NCBI GenBank assembly: GCA_964016885.1
Contig: OZ024740.1
Span: forward strand, 306,590,001-306,654,000
Direction: 5' to 3'
Source of the DNA: Eledone cirrhosa
Lineage: Eukaryota
Length of the DNA stretch: 64,000 nt
Shown here: piece by piece, positions 12,720 through 24,764 of the stretch
Position numbering within the stretch: the stretch's first letter is position 1
How the letters are laid out: each line of letters opens with the position of its first letter
Translations under genes and position numbers: made by a program
Notes under the pieces: model-generated
Databases searched by the model: none
The model's input: only the letters and a program-made list of their open reading frames with translations
What the model was told of the DNA's origin: nothing

Positions 12720-13130
12720 TTAAATGAGGCAGAGGATCTGATGCAGGAGGTGGAGACTGTGTCGATGACTGTGGGGCTGAGAATGAATGAGATTAAGACG
12801 AAATATCTGGTAGAGAATATTAAGAAGCCAGAGAAGATTACTAATGTAGGCGGGAAGCCGCTAGAATTGGTTGAGGACTTCCTGTATTTGGGAGCAAAGA
12901 TTAAGGATACAGAAGATGATGTGGTCGAGAGGAAGAGCAAAGCCTGGGCGGCATGCCACAGCTTGATATCGGTATGGAAGTCGGACCTTCGTAAAGACCT
13001 GAAGATCTGCTCTTCGTTGCTGTAGTGGAGTCTGTGCTGCTGTACGGGTCTGAGACTTAGACACTGACCAAGAAACTCATTCAGATGGTGGATGGGTGGT
13101 ACACGAGAATGCTGAGGATGGCTCTGAACT
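12720..13130 (+). pseudogene. RTE/RTE-X-like reverse transcriptase C-terminal fragment
   Basis: GLRMNEIKTKY...VEDFLYLGA...[14 protein letters not shown]...[13 protein letters not shown], frameshifted. Confidence 0.8.
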
Positions 13131-13150
13131 CTCTCTATATATATGTATAT

Positions 13151-13279
<129 letters not shown>

Positions 13280-13296
13280 ATATATTTATGTGTATA

Positions 13297-13415
<119 letters not shown>

Positions 13416-13437
13416 ATGTATATATATATGTATATAT

Positions 13438-14015
13438 GGTATTAGGCTTGGATTGGTGTTGTTCTGAAATAGCGATGTATACATGAATGTATGTATAATA
13501 TATTTGGCGATATACCTATGTTTAATTAAAAACATTTTGAAGACCTAACACTATCGGTTTTAAAGTAGTAACTATGTCACTTACTTCTTTCGGCGAAGGA
13601 AGGGAGAGAAGCTAACAGTCTGTTTCACGCTGGTTGGCGATCATTAGCGTAAGGTCTTCTAAATGTTTTTAATTAAACGTAAGGTATATTGCCAAATATA
13701 CTATACATACATTCATGTATACATCGCTATTTCAGAGCACCAATCCTAATACCTAATTTTTTCTGGACCGGCAATCACTCTGTATAATTAGCTCCTGATT
13801 ATTACTGGAATTCTATAAGAATCTAGCTTTTATAGTTTTCAGCGGAAGCAGGGAGTGCGTGGCTCTGATGAACGCCAAACAGCGTGAAACAGACTGTCAG
13901 CTTCTCTCCCTTCTTTCACCGAAAAGAAGTGACATAGTCATTACTTTAAAACCGATAACGTAAATGTTTTTAATTAAACATACGGCATATTGCCAAATAT
14001 ACTATATATACATAC
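13438..14015 (+). mobile_element. PLE/retrozyme-type element: inverted partial copy plus about 1.2 direct units; diverged relative of the 310-bp array
   Basis: 13438-13647 is inverted relative to 13651-14015; shares ctgaaatagcgat, aaacattttgaagacctaa and ggaccggcaa with the 58-kb unit; flanked by (TA)n. Confidence 0.8.
13861..13902 (+). ncRNA. type I hammerhead ribozyme
   Basis: GGCU-CUGAUGA-ACGC(CAAACA)GCGU-GAAA-CAGACUG-UC-AGCU; GUC cleavage triplet. Confidence 0.82.
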
Positions 14016-14022
14016 ATATATG

Positions 14023-14166
<144 letters not shown>

Positions 14167-14222
14167 GTGACGAAACATAAGTCAATTGCATGAACATAAG
14201 TCATTGCATGAATCCTTTATTT

Positions 14223-14278
14223 ACTGCTATATATATTTCGATGATAGCCATTGAATGGCTATGACCTCATCAGGCAGT
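14223..14278 (-). ncRNA. type I hammerhead ribozyme with a long stem II, in an approximately 200-bp insert within (TA)n
   Basis: ACUGC-CUGAUGA-GGUcAUAGCCAU(UCA)AUGGCUAUcAUC-GAAA-UAUAUA-UA-GCAGU. Confidence 0.8.
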
Positions 14279-14363
14279 TAGTCAGTTCTTAGATATGCCA
14301 GCTCTGTGTATCAGAGCCTTGGGGCATATGAGCTTGTTAGGAATACTTTGATGTTGTCAGCAG

Positions 14364-14425
<62 letters not shown>

Positions 14426-14468
14426 GTATATATGTATATATATGTATATATATATATATACATATATA

Positions 14469-14534
<66 letters not shown>

Positions 14535-14676
14535 CATATATACATGGTGGCTGCCAACTCAGAGAGATCTCCAGATATAAAGCAATAGCTGTGCCGTGAA
14601 GCTTTTATAGTGAGCAAAGGCACTGCACAAAGCCAGTCCCACTCTCTTAACCAAGATGATATTTACCAAAAAGAAG

Positions 14677-14775
<99 letters not shown>

Positions 14776-15339
14776 GGAGAGAGAGAGATTTACAAATACA
14801 TGTGACGTATCCTTATTTTTGATTGTGTGTTATTCTATTCTGACTTATTTAACTTCTGCTATTCTATGTTGTTTACGTAACACCAGTTTCACTCTCACTA
14901 CCACAGCAATGTATGTCACTAAAACTACCTGTGACTCACCATTTCATTTGTCATACTTTCACTACCCAACCACTCTCACCTCTTTCTTCATCTTATTTCT
15001 ATTGTTCCTTTTTTTATACTGGCTTGCTTGATCTGTCTTCTGTCTTCATGACATTCTTCTTCTTCTTCTTCTTCTTCTTCTTCTTCTTCTTCTTCTTCTT
15101 CTTCTTCTTCTTCTTCTTCTTCTTCTTCTTCTTCTTCTTCCACCACCAACACCACCACCACCACTGCAGCTATTAACTTATATGTTGTCGGTATGTAAGA
15201 GTCAGCCTTTCCCTCCACCAATACGAGTTAGTCGCCTCTCATTCTAACAGTTAAGGATGTTGACGATCTGTTAGTGGAAGTGCCCAATGAAGTCAACAAC
15301 AGTCTTGATTCTTGTCTTAATCGTTTATTATTATTATTA

Positions 15340-15735
15340 GAGAAGTGCTGCCCCCCCCCCCCCCAGTACATTTGCTAAAAGGTGGATGAATGTGGCGAGA
15401 ATGGCTCGTGTGAATGGGCCTACTCTGACCATGCGCCTATAGGCTAGCTAACTTGAGGAGAGGGGTGCTCTCCCTGGGTGCCCTAGAAGCGCAGGGTGGT
15501 TCAGGATTGGTGGGGTACCCGAGTCACCCCAGGGTCGTCCATTCCCCTATCGGGGAATTTATTTTGTTATATTTATGCATAGTTTATTTTATACTTTTAT
15601 ATCTTCATTATTAAATTAGTCTTGCCATTGTGCTCTTTTACTCGACCTTATTGTAAACCCACACTGTCCCTGTCTTTGTATTGTCCCCTATATGTCGGCC
15701 CCTGTGGCTAATAAATGATATCATTATTATTATTA
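15340..15735 (+). mobile_element. diverged Tx1-like LINE 3' end
   Basis: aggtggatgaatgtggcgagaatggctcgtgtgaatgggcc matches 35859-35900; ends in aataaa...(att)n. Confidence 0.7.
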
Positions 15736-15959
15736 TTAAATTAGAGTTTGTCGTTTAAATAAAGAGTTGTTTTCATCACCAATGCTGTGATTTAAATTAT
15801 TTATAATCTTAGGAGTTATTTTATGAATTAAGCTAGCGCCCTCTTTATTAGTAAATGTTCATGCACCGGATGTTACTGGGTATTTTCTTTTTCAATCATT
15901 ACACGGCTCTATGTTCATTTATAAGGAGGCAGGGTCTCGGCCGTTGGGTCTCGACTCTT

Positions 15960-16027
<68 letters not shown>

Positions 16028-16150
16028 ATAAGAATATTTATATATGTTTGATATAACTATAAATATGTAGGGTAGTACTAGGTACTACCCGGTTACCGGT
16101 ATGACAAAAGGCTCAATTCAAATGTTCAAGTGTTTTACAGAGCCGAGATG

Positions 16151-16279
16151 CAAAGTGTTAAAACGATCAAATATTAGTTTAGAACATTTATGCTCCGATG
16201 ATTCCAGATTTCCCTCTGGAAGAAACAATTGTCAGCAAATAAATGTTCTAAACTAATATTTGATCGTTTTAACACTTTG
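16151..16279 (+). ncRNA. 41-bp perfect stem capped by an HHR variant (16191-16237)
   Basis: UGCU-CcGAUGA-UUCCAGA(UUUCCC)UCUGGAA-GAAA-CAAUUG-UC-AGCA; arms at 16151-16191 and 16239-16279. Confidence 0.7.
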
Positions 16280-16290
16280 TATATATATAT

Positions 16291-16957
16291 ATATGAATCA
16301 AAAATGGCGAGCTGTGTTGTTGCAAATAAGTATAATGAAAAATGAAAAATTAGAAATAGAAGTTAGGACTATCCATCATCAGTTGCCTACGAGACATCAT
16401 AGGTATTTCTTCGCATTAAAGACAATATACCTCCGCCTAGGATGATTCAATAACTAAAATAAGTTATTGGAATAAAAAGAATTGGGTAGAGAAAGAGAAA
16501 GACATGTGAACAGACACGATGGGTGAAGCAATGTAAAGAGAGGAAAAAATGAAAAAAATCAAGTCAATAATTCATTTCGAACATAAGAACGGGTGAATTT
16601 TGACGAGGAGAAAAAGACACGACTTGACCGTACGGGTGTGAACGAGAAGAAAGACCGCGTACAGTGTTGGACGATGAGGAAGTGAGAGAGAGGGTGAGTA
16701 GCAGAGAGTGAGTGAGTGAAAGTGCGAGGAAGAGGCTAGCCGAGAGAGTGTGACTAGCAGAGGGGGTGAGTGAAAGTAAGAGGGAGAAGGGGAGTGAGAA
16801 GGGGCAGAGAAAGAGGATAGCAGCAAGGGGAGAGAAAAAAGACAGGTCACAGCAGAGGGGGAAGCATATATGAATCAAAAATGGCGAGCTGTGTTGTTGC
16901 AAATAAGTATAATGAAAAATGAAAAATTAGAAATAGAAGTTAGGATTATCCATCATC
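16291..16957. repeat. 90-bp direct repeat pair 577 bp apart, bounding an unclassified element
   Basis: atatgaatcaaaaatggcgagc...tatccatcatca at 16291 and 16868. Confidence 0.85.
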
Positions 16958-16974
16958 ATATATATGTATGTAAA

Positions 16975-17412
16975 AGGTAAACAGAAATAACAACACAATC
17001 GGTACAGTATATGGAAGGGATATATTAGGTTAACGTTTGATATAGCAGGAAGAGGGTCTTATAACGTTTCGGACGCTAGTCCTTCATCAGAAGAAAGAAT
17101 GAGAAATAAAATAGATTGAGGGGACGGGCGGGATGGAATTGGAAAATATGTCTTTAGATAAAAATAATAAGTCCATTCATGTTGACATCTCTTGCAAAAC
17201 TGTTGATGCTGGCGTTTTGTGTATGATTTGTTTTTTAGAAAAGTGGATGATGCTGCGAGTCTACCTGAAATGAAAAAAAGCTGTTTTGTAATATAATAGT
17301 AGAAGACTGGAGGGTTATATCCGTAGTAGTAGAACACTGAGTCCATGGGACGAGTTTGGTAGTAGTTCCACAACAGTTAGTTCACCATACCGAGAACAAT
17401 GTGGAACTACTT
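16975..17412 (-). mobile_element. PLE pseudo-LTR-like fragment with an HHR-like motif at 17057-17094
   Basis: CUGAUGA-A-GGAC(UAGC)GUCC-GAAACGUU; 17290-17400 is homologous, inverted, to 20830-20938. Confidence 0.65.
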
Positions 17413-17442
17413 ATATATATATGTATATATATATATATATAA

Positions 17443-17473
<31 letters not shown>

Positions 17474-17474
17474 A

Positions 17475-17519
<45 letters not shown>

Positions 17520-18520
17520 ATTGAAATTATTATGGGGAGAATAGAAAACATGTTCGTCACAAATTAGTAATAAAACAACGAATAAAAACAACGCAAAGCA
17601 AAATAATTTTTTTGAAGGGGAAACCTTTAAAAAATATTTTTGAAAGTAAAGACAAACGAAAGACTCAGAACTCCAGCGTCTTTAGCCATCGAGATGGACT
17701 CCTGGCAGTTTCGACCACTACCGACGGTACTGCTGGTCCACTCGGGTCACAGCGTCTCACATAAGCCAAAACGCTGTCCGTGGAGTAAAAGACAAGACAA
17801 AACAATAGCTTATTGTAGTTAAGCCATAACAGGTACACATAGAGTTTTTTTGTGGCGACTAGGAGAAGGTATTGTGCTTTTTAAAGCAACGATAGTCTTG
17901 TGAAAAAAAAAAGGAGGTGAAGAAAAAAAAAAGAAAAAAGAAAGGTAAAAGGCAAGAATGAAGTATGATATCATGTTAAAAAATATATTCCTTTGAAATT
18001 ATTGGACGAAGAAGAAAGAACACGTTCGTCACAGAATCTGTTTGGAGTTCAACATTTATATGTATATATTATATATTATATATAATATATAATATATACA
18101 TATATTATATAATATATACATATACTCGTTATCGTGTGTGCCCATTGCACAATATAACATTATTAATAATTATTAATTAATACCATCGCGCAATGCTTGT
18201 GCGTGAAGATATTTTTTAAAGTGAGGAAAGACTGTGCACTGAGCCAACCCCACTCTCTGAGCGACAGTAGCTATAACCCGAAAAGAAGAAAAGATCAACT
18301 TCATCGGTATCTACTGAGCCGCAGGTTTTATATCGGAGTTATCCCAGTTTCCTGAGTTGCCTTCTCCTAGAAGAATGCCCTGAGAAAGTAACCTTTCTTG
18401 TATTATTTCCAGCTAGCTATTTTACATTTCCCTTCATTCTTCGTAAATGTATGAACGTCACAACTTCCTAGGTTTCTATGTGGTTGCTTTTACCTGCTAG
18501 ACATAGCAGCTTTATAATAT

Positions 18521-19362
18521 CAGACCTGCCAACCTCTAAAAACCCAAACAGGCAGTACCATGAAAAATAGTGCCCCAAAACGGGAAGTACCATGAAAAAT
18601 AGTGCCCCAAAACAGGGAGTACCATGAAAAATAGTGCCCCAAAACAGGGAGTACCATGAAAAATAGTGCCCCAAAACGGGAAGTACCATGAAAAATAGTG
18701 TCTCAAAACAGGGAGTACCATGAAAAATAGTGCCCCAAAACAGGAAGTACCATGAAAAATAGTGCCCCAAAACAGGAAGTACCATGAAAAATAGTGCCCC
18801 AAAACAGGGAGTACCATGAAAAATAGTGCCCCAAAACGGGAAGTACCATGAAAAATAGTGTCCCAAAACAGGGAGTACCATGAAAAATAGTGCCCCAAAA
18901 CAGGGAGTACCATGAAAAATAGTGCCCCAAAACGGGAAGTACCATGAAAAATAGTGCCCCAAAACAGGGAGTACCATGAAAAATAGTGCCCCAAAACAGG
19001 GAGTACCATGAAAATAGTGCCCCAAAACAGGAAGTACCATGAAAAATAGTGTCCCAAAACAGGGAGTACCATGAAAAATAGTGCCCCAAAACAGGGAGTA
19101 CCATGAAAATAGTGCCCCAAAACAGGAAGTACCATGAAAAATAGTGTCCCAAAACGGGAAGTACCATGAAAAATAGTGTCCCAAAACAGGGAGTACCATG
19201 AAAAATAGTGCCCCAAAATAGGAAGTACCATGAAAAATAGTGCCCCAAAACAGGAAGAAATGAGACAAAATGGGGAGGTTTTACATAATGAAAGCTATAC
19301 CCATTTTCACAAGAGAAGAAAACCCTCACTCATCCGTCGGACGGGGAGAGTTGACAGGTCTG
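18521..19362 (+). mobile_element. TIR MITE (cagacctgccaac...gttgacaggtctg) expanded by an internal minisatellite
   Basis: TIRs visible; unexpanded relatives at 23804-24150 and 63252-63435. Confidence 0.8.
18555..19257. repeat. 32-bp minisatellite, about 22 copies (gtaccatgaaaaatagtgccccaaaacRggRa)
   Basis: 32-nt period read directly, no spacers. Confidence 0.97.
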
Positions 19363-19689
19363 TAACATGCACAGTACATATTAGACAGAGAATGGAGTCG
19401 TGCATAACCATAAAAAGATGAGAGGGTCAAGTCTGGATTGAATTTGATAATAGTTTTGCATGACTAGAGTTGACTTGGAGACAAACAACGACAACAACAG
19501 CAATAACAGCAGTCCAACACCCTGAAGTTTAATTGCTATGTGAGAAATTATTGTTGCTGTATGTTAGAAGCAAGTCATTTAGTTAGAACTACAAAGGAAA
19601 ATATTGCTGAGAACGTCTTTGTTGGGTTTTCACTTCTCACGCTACTTTGTCACACTTCCTTTGTAAGTGTGGGAAAACTGGGAATACAT

Positions 19690-20660
19690 ATGTATGTTCT
19701 TCTGGTTTTATAATTTCACAAATTTGTTCCCAATAGAGAGAGAGTCGGTTTCTAACATAGATACAAGACTTTCTCATTGGAATTTACACATCAACTAGGT
19801 AGATTATGTATGCATGCATGTGTAGATATGGATGTTATTCTATGTGTGGATGTGGATGTTTTGAGTTGTATGTGTGCATGTATATATATATATATATATA
19901 TATGCTTTGTATCTGTACATGCAGTTATTAGATGCAAAATTTTTGGAATGTTTTACATATTTTTACTGTTCCATTAATGGATTGTACTTGTAATTTCCTA
20001 ACTAGTCATGTTCTTTCTGTTTCTGTGAAGCCTAGCTTCTCAAGATTTGTATTGAGACAGTTACTAACATACCCCAGTGCCCCAATAATCACAGGCATAT
20101 ATCTGAAGATGTAATGAGGGTAGAGTATCTGCAGATTTCTCATCAGTTCTGCATAAATATTCTCCTTTTCGCTGATCTTTGATATTATATTGGCATCTGC
20201 TGGGCAACTAACTTCCACTACTGTGCATGCTTTCTTTTCCCTGTCCCATATCATAATATCTGGCCTGTTATGCCTGTATTTCATTGGGGTTTTTACTGGA
20301 ACATTCCACCAGTACTCTTTCATATTATGTATATGGATGTCTTCCACATTGCTGTAGCTTTTAATGTGTTTATTTTCGGGGCTATCTTTTCTACGGATTG
20401 CATTGTACAGTGTTTTGGCCACTACATCATGCCTCATAGGTAGATAGTACCGCGATGACATCTTTGGACAGCTGCTGATGACATGGGTGATATCCTCGAT
20501 GTTAGTTCTGCAGAGTCTGCACTTGTTATCACATCTAGATGTATTGCCTGCATCCCTATCTCTTTTGTGAATCAGGTATTAGTACCGCGATGACATCTTT
20601 GGACAGCTGCTGATGACATGGGTGATATCTTCGATGTTAATTCTGCAGAGTCTGCACTTG
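19690..20660 (-). pseudogene. R4/Dong-clade non-LTR retrotransposon 3' portion (CCHC knuckle, RLE domain, 3'UTR)
   Basis: CRLC...[22 protein letters not shown]...VEVSCP...KENIY.EL, PVIIGALG; flanked by (TATG)n. Confidence 0.88.
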
Positions 20661-20727
20661 TATGTATGTATGTATGCCTGTATGTGTGTATGTATGTATG
20701 TATAAATTTATGGATGTATGTAAATTA

Positions 20728-20932
20728 TAGAAGTAGTTACACAACAGTTAGTTCATCATACCGAGAACAAATATTTCACTTTATTCGGATCCTCAGACCG
20801 AGCTGAAGATCCGAATAAAGTGAAACATTTGTTCTCGGTATGGTGAACTAACTGTTGTGGAACTACTTCTACCAAACTCGTCCCATGGACTGAGTGGTCT
20901 ACTACTACGGATGTAACCCACCAGTGTTCTAC

Positions 20933-20938
<6 letters not shown>
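20728..20938 (+). mobile_element. fold-back element with about 69-bp arms, an HHR-like core at 20798-20838 and a tail ending in (TA)n
   Basis: arms at 20728-20796 and 20803-20871; CCGAG-CUGAAGA-U...U-GAAA-CAUUUG-UU-CUCGG, with weak stem II. Confidence 0.7.
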
Positions 20939-21002
<64 letters not shown>

Positions 21003-21093
21003 ACAGATGTGTATGTGAATAAGTGTGGAGACAGGCAGAGAGAGGGAGAGGGTGAAAGCAACAGTGGGTGGGTCGATAGATAAGTTGATAAGT

Positions 21094-21157
<64 letters not shown>

Positions 21158-21159
<2 letters not shown>

Positions 21160-21576
21160 GATATTAAATAAATGGAAACTATAATTATAAAACCATATTT
21201 ATTTCATTATATATATTTCAGGGATATCATATTAAAAATATGTTATGCCTTCTTCAGACAAAATACAATATAAACAGTCTTATAAATAGATAGATTCGAC
21301 ATACCTTTCAACTTCGACTTCCATTTGAAAAGTCGAAGTTGAAAGGTATGTCGAATCTATCTATTTATAAGACTGTTTATATTGTATTTTGTCTGAAGAA
21401 GGCATAACATATTTTTAATATGATATCCCTGAAATATATATAATGAAATAAATATGGTTTTATAAATATAGTTTCCATTTATTTAATATCGTAAATATAC
21501 TCCAAATACTTGTTGAGTGCTTTTATATCAGTTATAAATATTTACTCGTTGTAACCCAACAATTTAAATAAAACTT

Positions 21577-21580
<4 letters not shown>
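21158..21580 (+). mobile_element. fold-back element with 163-bp arms, a 9-nt loop, an HHR in each arm and a tail, within (TA)n
   Basis: arms at 21158-21320 and 21330-21492; HHR at 21387-21448 reads UUUUGU-CUGAAGA-AGG...CCU-GAAA-UAUAUA-UA-AUGAAA. Confidence 0.8.
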
Positions 21581-21672
<92 letters not shown>

Positions 21673-22094
21673 CATATATACATAAATACATATATAGATA
21701 TATAGATATATACATATATACATATATACATACATATATATATATGTGTATGTGTGTGTGTGTGTGTGTACAGAGAGGAAATTAGAGAAACATTTATTCA
21801 TTCATATAAACATAGATACAGATTAAGTAAGAGACGAACAGACAGACAGATAAATTGACAAGAGACTGAGGAAGGGGCGGGGTGAGGGTGGGGAGGAGGA
21901 AGAGGAAGGGGAAGGGGGAGGAAGAGGAAGGGGAAGGGGGAGGGAGAGGAAGGGGAGGGGAGGCTGGGTAGAAGAGGAAATATAAAGAAGGAAGAAATAT
22001 AATGGGACAGAGAGAAAAAGTGAAATGAAGAAAATATATGGAATAGAAAGGCGAAAAGAGAAGATGACAGAGAGGGAGATAGATAGATAGATAA

Positions 22095-22139
<45 letters not shown>

Positions 22140-22179
22140 TAGATAGATAGGAAGAGAGAGAGGAGGGAAGAGTGTGTGC

Positions 22180-22371
22180 GAGAGAGAGAGACAGGGAGAG
22201 AATGTGTATTTGTATGTGTGTGAAAGTGAGAGAGAGAGAGAGAGAGAGTATGTGTGTGTTTGTATGTGTGTGAAAGTGAGAGAGAGAATGTGTGTGTGTG
22301 TGTGTGTGTGAGAGAAAGGAGTGTGTGTGTTTGTATGTGTGTGAAAGTGAGAGAGAGAGAGAATGTGTGTC

Positions 22372-22429
<58 letters not shown>

Positions 22430-22471
22430 TGTTTGCATGTGTGTGAAAGTGAGAGAGAGAGAATGTGTGTC

Positions 22472-22506
<35 letters not shown>

Positions 22507-22553
22507 GTGTGTGTTTGCATGTGTGTGAAAGTGAGAGAGAGAGAATGTGTGTC

Positions 22554-22591
<38 letters not shown>

Positions 22592-22717
22592 TGTGTGTTT
22601 GCATGTGTGTGAAAGTGAGAGAGAGAGAGAGAGAATGTGTGTCTGTGTGAGAGAGAGAGAGAGAGAGAGGGTGTGTGTGTTTGCATGTGTGTGAAAGTGA
22701 GAGAGAGAATGTGTGTC

Positions 22718-22749
<32 letters not shown>

Positions 22750-22884
22750 GGGGGGGAGTGTGTTTGCATGTGTGTGAAAGTGAGAGAGAGAATCTGTGTG
22801 TGTGTGTGAGAGAGAATGTGTGTGTGTGTGAGAGAGAGAGAGTGTGTTTGTATGGGTGAAAGTGAGAGACAATGTGTGTGTGTA

Positions 22885-22925
<41 letters not shown>
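22180..22925. repeat. compound (GA)n/(GT)n minisatellite with a tttgcatgtgtgtgaaagt anchor
   Basis: anchor recurs about every 55-100 nt. Confidence 0.85.
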
Positions 22926-22934
<9 letters not shown>

Positions 22935-23075
22935 AGACTCGAGGAAATCACAGGTTTCCAGTGAGCAGACGAGAAAATGTGGACAGTGACCCCAGCATAT
23001 ATTGAACAGCAGCAAATAAGCAAATATTTCATCAAAAGAAAATGGATTGCTGAATGATCGTGGGAGTAATATAGT

Positions 23076-23666
23076 ATGGAGGGCGTTGATGGTGGTGGTG
23101 GTTTGGGGGGGAAGCGAATATTGTTGGTAATGATAGGAGTAGGTAGAGCTGGTGGTGGTGATGGTGGTCTTGGCGGCGGCGGCGGTGGTTGTTGTGGTGC
23201 TTATGGTGGTGGGGGTTGCTGTTGTGGTGGTCGTGGCGGCGGTTGTTGTTGTTGTGGTTGTGGTTGTGGTGGCGGTGATTTTGGTGCTGGTCTTGGCAGC
23301 GGCGGCGGTGGTTGTTGTTGTGGTGGTGGTGGTGGTGGTGGTGCCGGTGATGGTGATGTTGGTCTTGGCAGCGGCGGTGGTTGTTGTGGTGGTGGTGATT
23401 ATGGCGGCGGGGGTTGCTGTTGTGGTGGTGCTGGTGGTGGTGGTGCCGGTCTTGGCAGCGGCGTCGGTGGTTGTTGTGCTGGTGGTGATTATGGCGGCGG
23501 TGGTTGTGGTGGTGGTGGTGGTGGCGGTGTTGGTGATGGTGGAAATGGTGAACGTTGTGGTAAGGCTGCTAGCGGCTTTGCTAGTTGCTGTGTTGGTGGT
23601 AGTGGTTGTGATGGTGATCGTTGTGATGGTTGCTGTTGTTTTGCTTCAGGTCAAAAAGGATTCTAG
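23076..23666. repeat. GGT/TGT/GGC low-complexity tract; open Gly/Cys-rich frame
   Basis: trinucleotide-derived, with a repeated ggtcttggcagcggc block. Confidence 0.7.
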
Positions 23667-23803
23667 CCATGACCATCCCGTTTTTTAAAGACTATCAAGG
23701 ACGCCATAGTGTGTCTTTTCCACATTCAAGAGAGGGCTATTTAACAAGACTGAGAGACCTAGAATAGGCTCCCTTACTAGCATAGTGTTGATGGTAGTGA
23801 TAA

Positions 23804-24150
23804 CAGACTTGCCAACCTCTAAAAACCCAAACGGGGATTACCATGAAAAAAGTGCCCCAAAACGAGGGATATTTTATATAATTGTTTCTACTTTAGGCAC
23901 AAGGCCAGCAATTACCCAGTACATTACTGGTACTTTATTTTATCGACCCCGTAAGGATGAAAGGCAAAGTTAACCTCGGCGGGATTTGAACTCAAACCGT
24001 AAAGGGAGGTAACTATGCTAGAAAGCATGGCGTCCAACCCTCTACCGATACTGCCAAAGCTATAGCCATATTCTCAAAAGAAGACATCTATCACCCATCC
24101 CAAAGTGGGTGGGTGATCTAGCCGTCGGACGAAGAGAGTTAACAGGTCTG
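23804..24150 (+). mobile_element. TIR MITE of the 18521 family with a nested SINE; 6-bp TSD tgataa
   Basis: tgataa|cagacttgccaac...gttaacaggtctg|tgataa. Confidence 0.8.
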
Positions 24151-24764
24151 TGATAATGATGGAGGTCGAGGTGATACTTAGAACGGCCGTTGTGGTGATA
24201 TTTGTGGTAAAGATGGTGGAGGATGTAACAGGCGTATTGGTGACTTGATATTTGTGGTGTTAATGCTGGTATAGTGGTGGAGGTAAGAGTGTTGGCTGTG
24301 CTGGCAGTGATGATAAGGGCGTCATTGGTTGTGGGGATGTTAGGGGGCCATGGTAGTGGCTATGGTGATGTGAGGATTGATGGTAGTTTTTGTGATGGAA
24401 TAGTGGTGGTGATGCTGGTGGTGCTGGTGGGATGTATGGTGGTTGCTATATTATTTGAGGTGCTACCACTCAGGTATACACCTACCTGGACAGTCAATAC
24501 ACTCCAGACTGTTTTATGGCCGCATTGCCTAAGCCCCACGAACTGAGGTAAAGATTAGAATAGATGCCCTAAATATAGTCTGTTTTGTTTAGTCTGATCA
24601 ACTACTGCAACTGGTTGTAATCCCAAACTCATGGTAAAAAAAAATCAAAAAAAAAAATTCAACGTGAAACAAAAATTATACATCTTACGTGAAATGTACG
24701 GACATTTATGGACAGCGCCTAAGCGGAGAGATCTGGTAGAAAGGTAGTCTAGATTGCCCTAGAG

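Noticed and set aside
18555-19257. CRISPR-like 32-bp repeats and long minus-strand ORFs
   Set aside because: No spacers; the ORFs result from a stop-free repeat unit inside a MITE
21794-23035. 413-aa ORF with a signal-peptide-like start
   Set aside because: The body is translated (CT)n/(CA)n microsatellite
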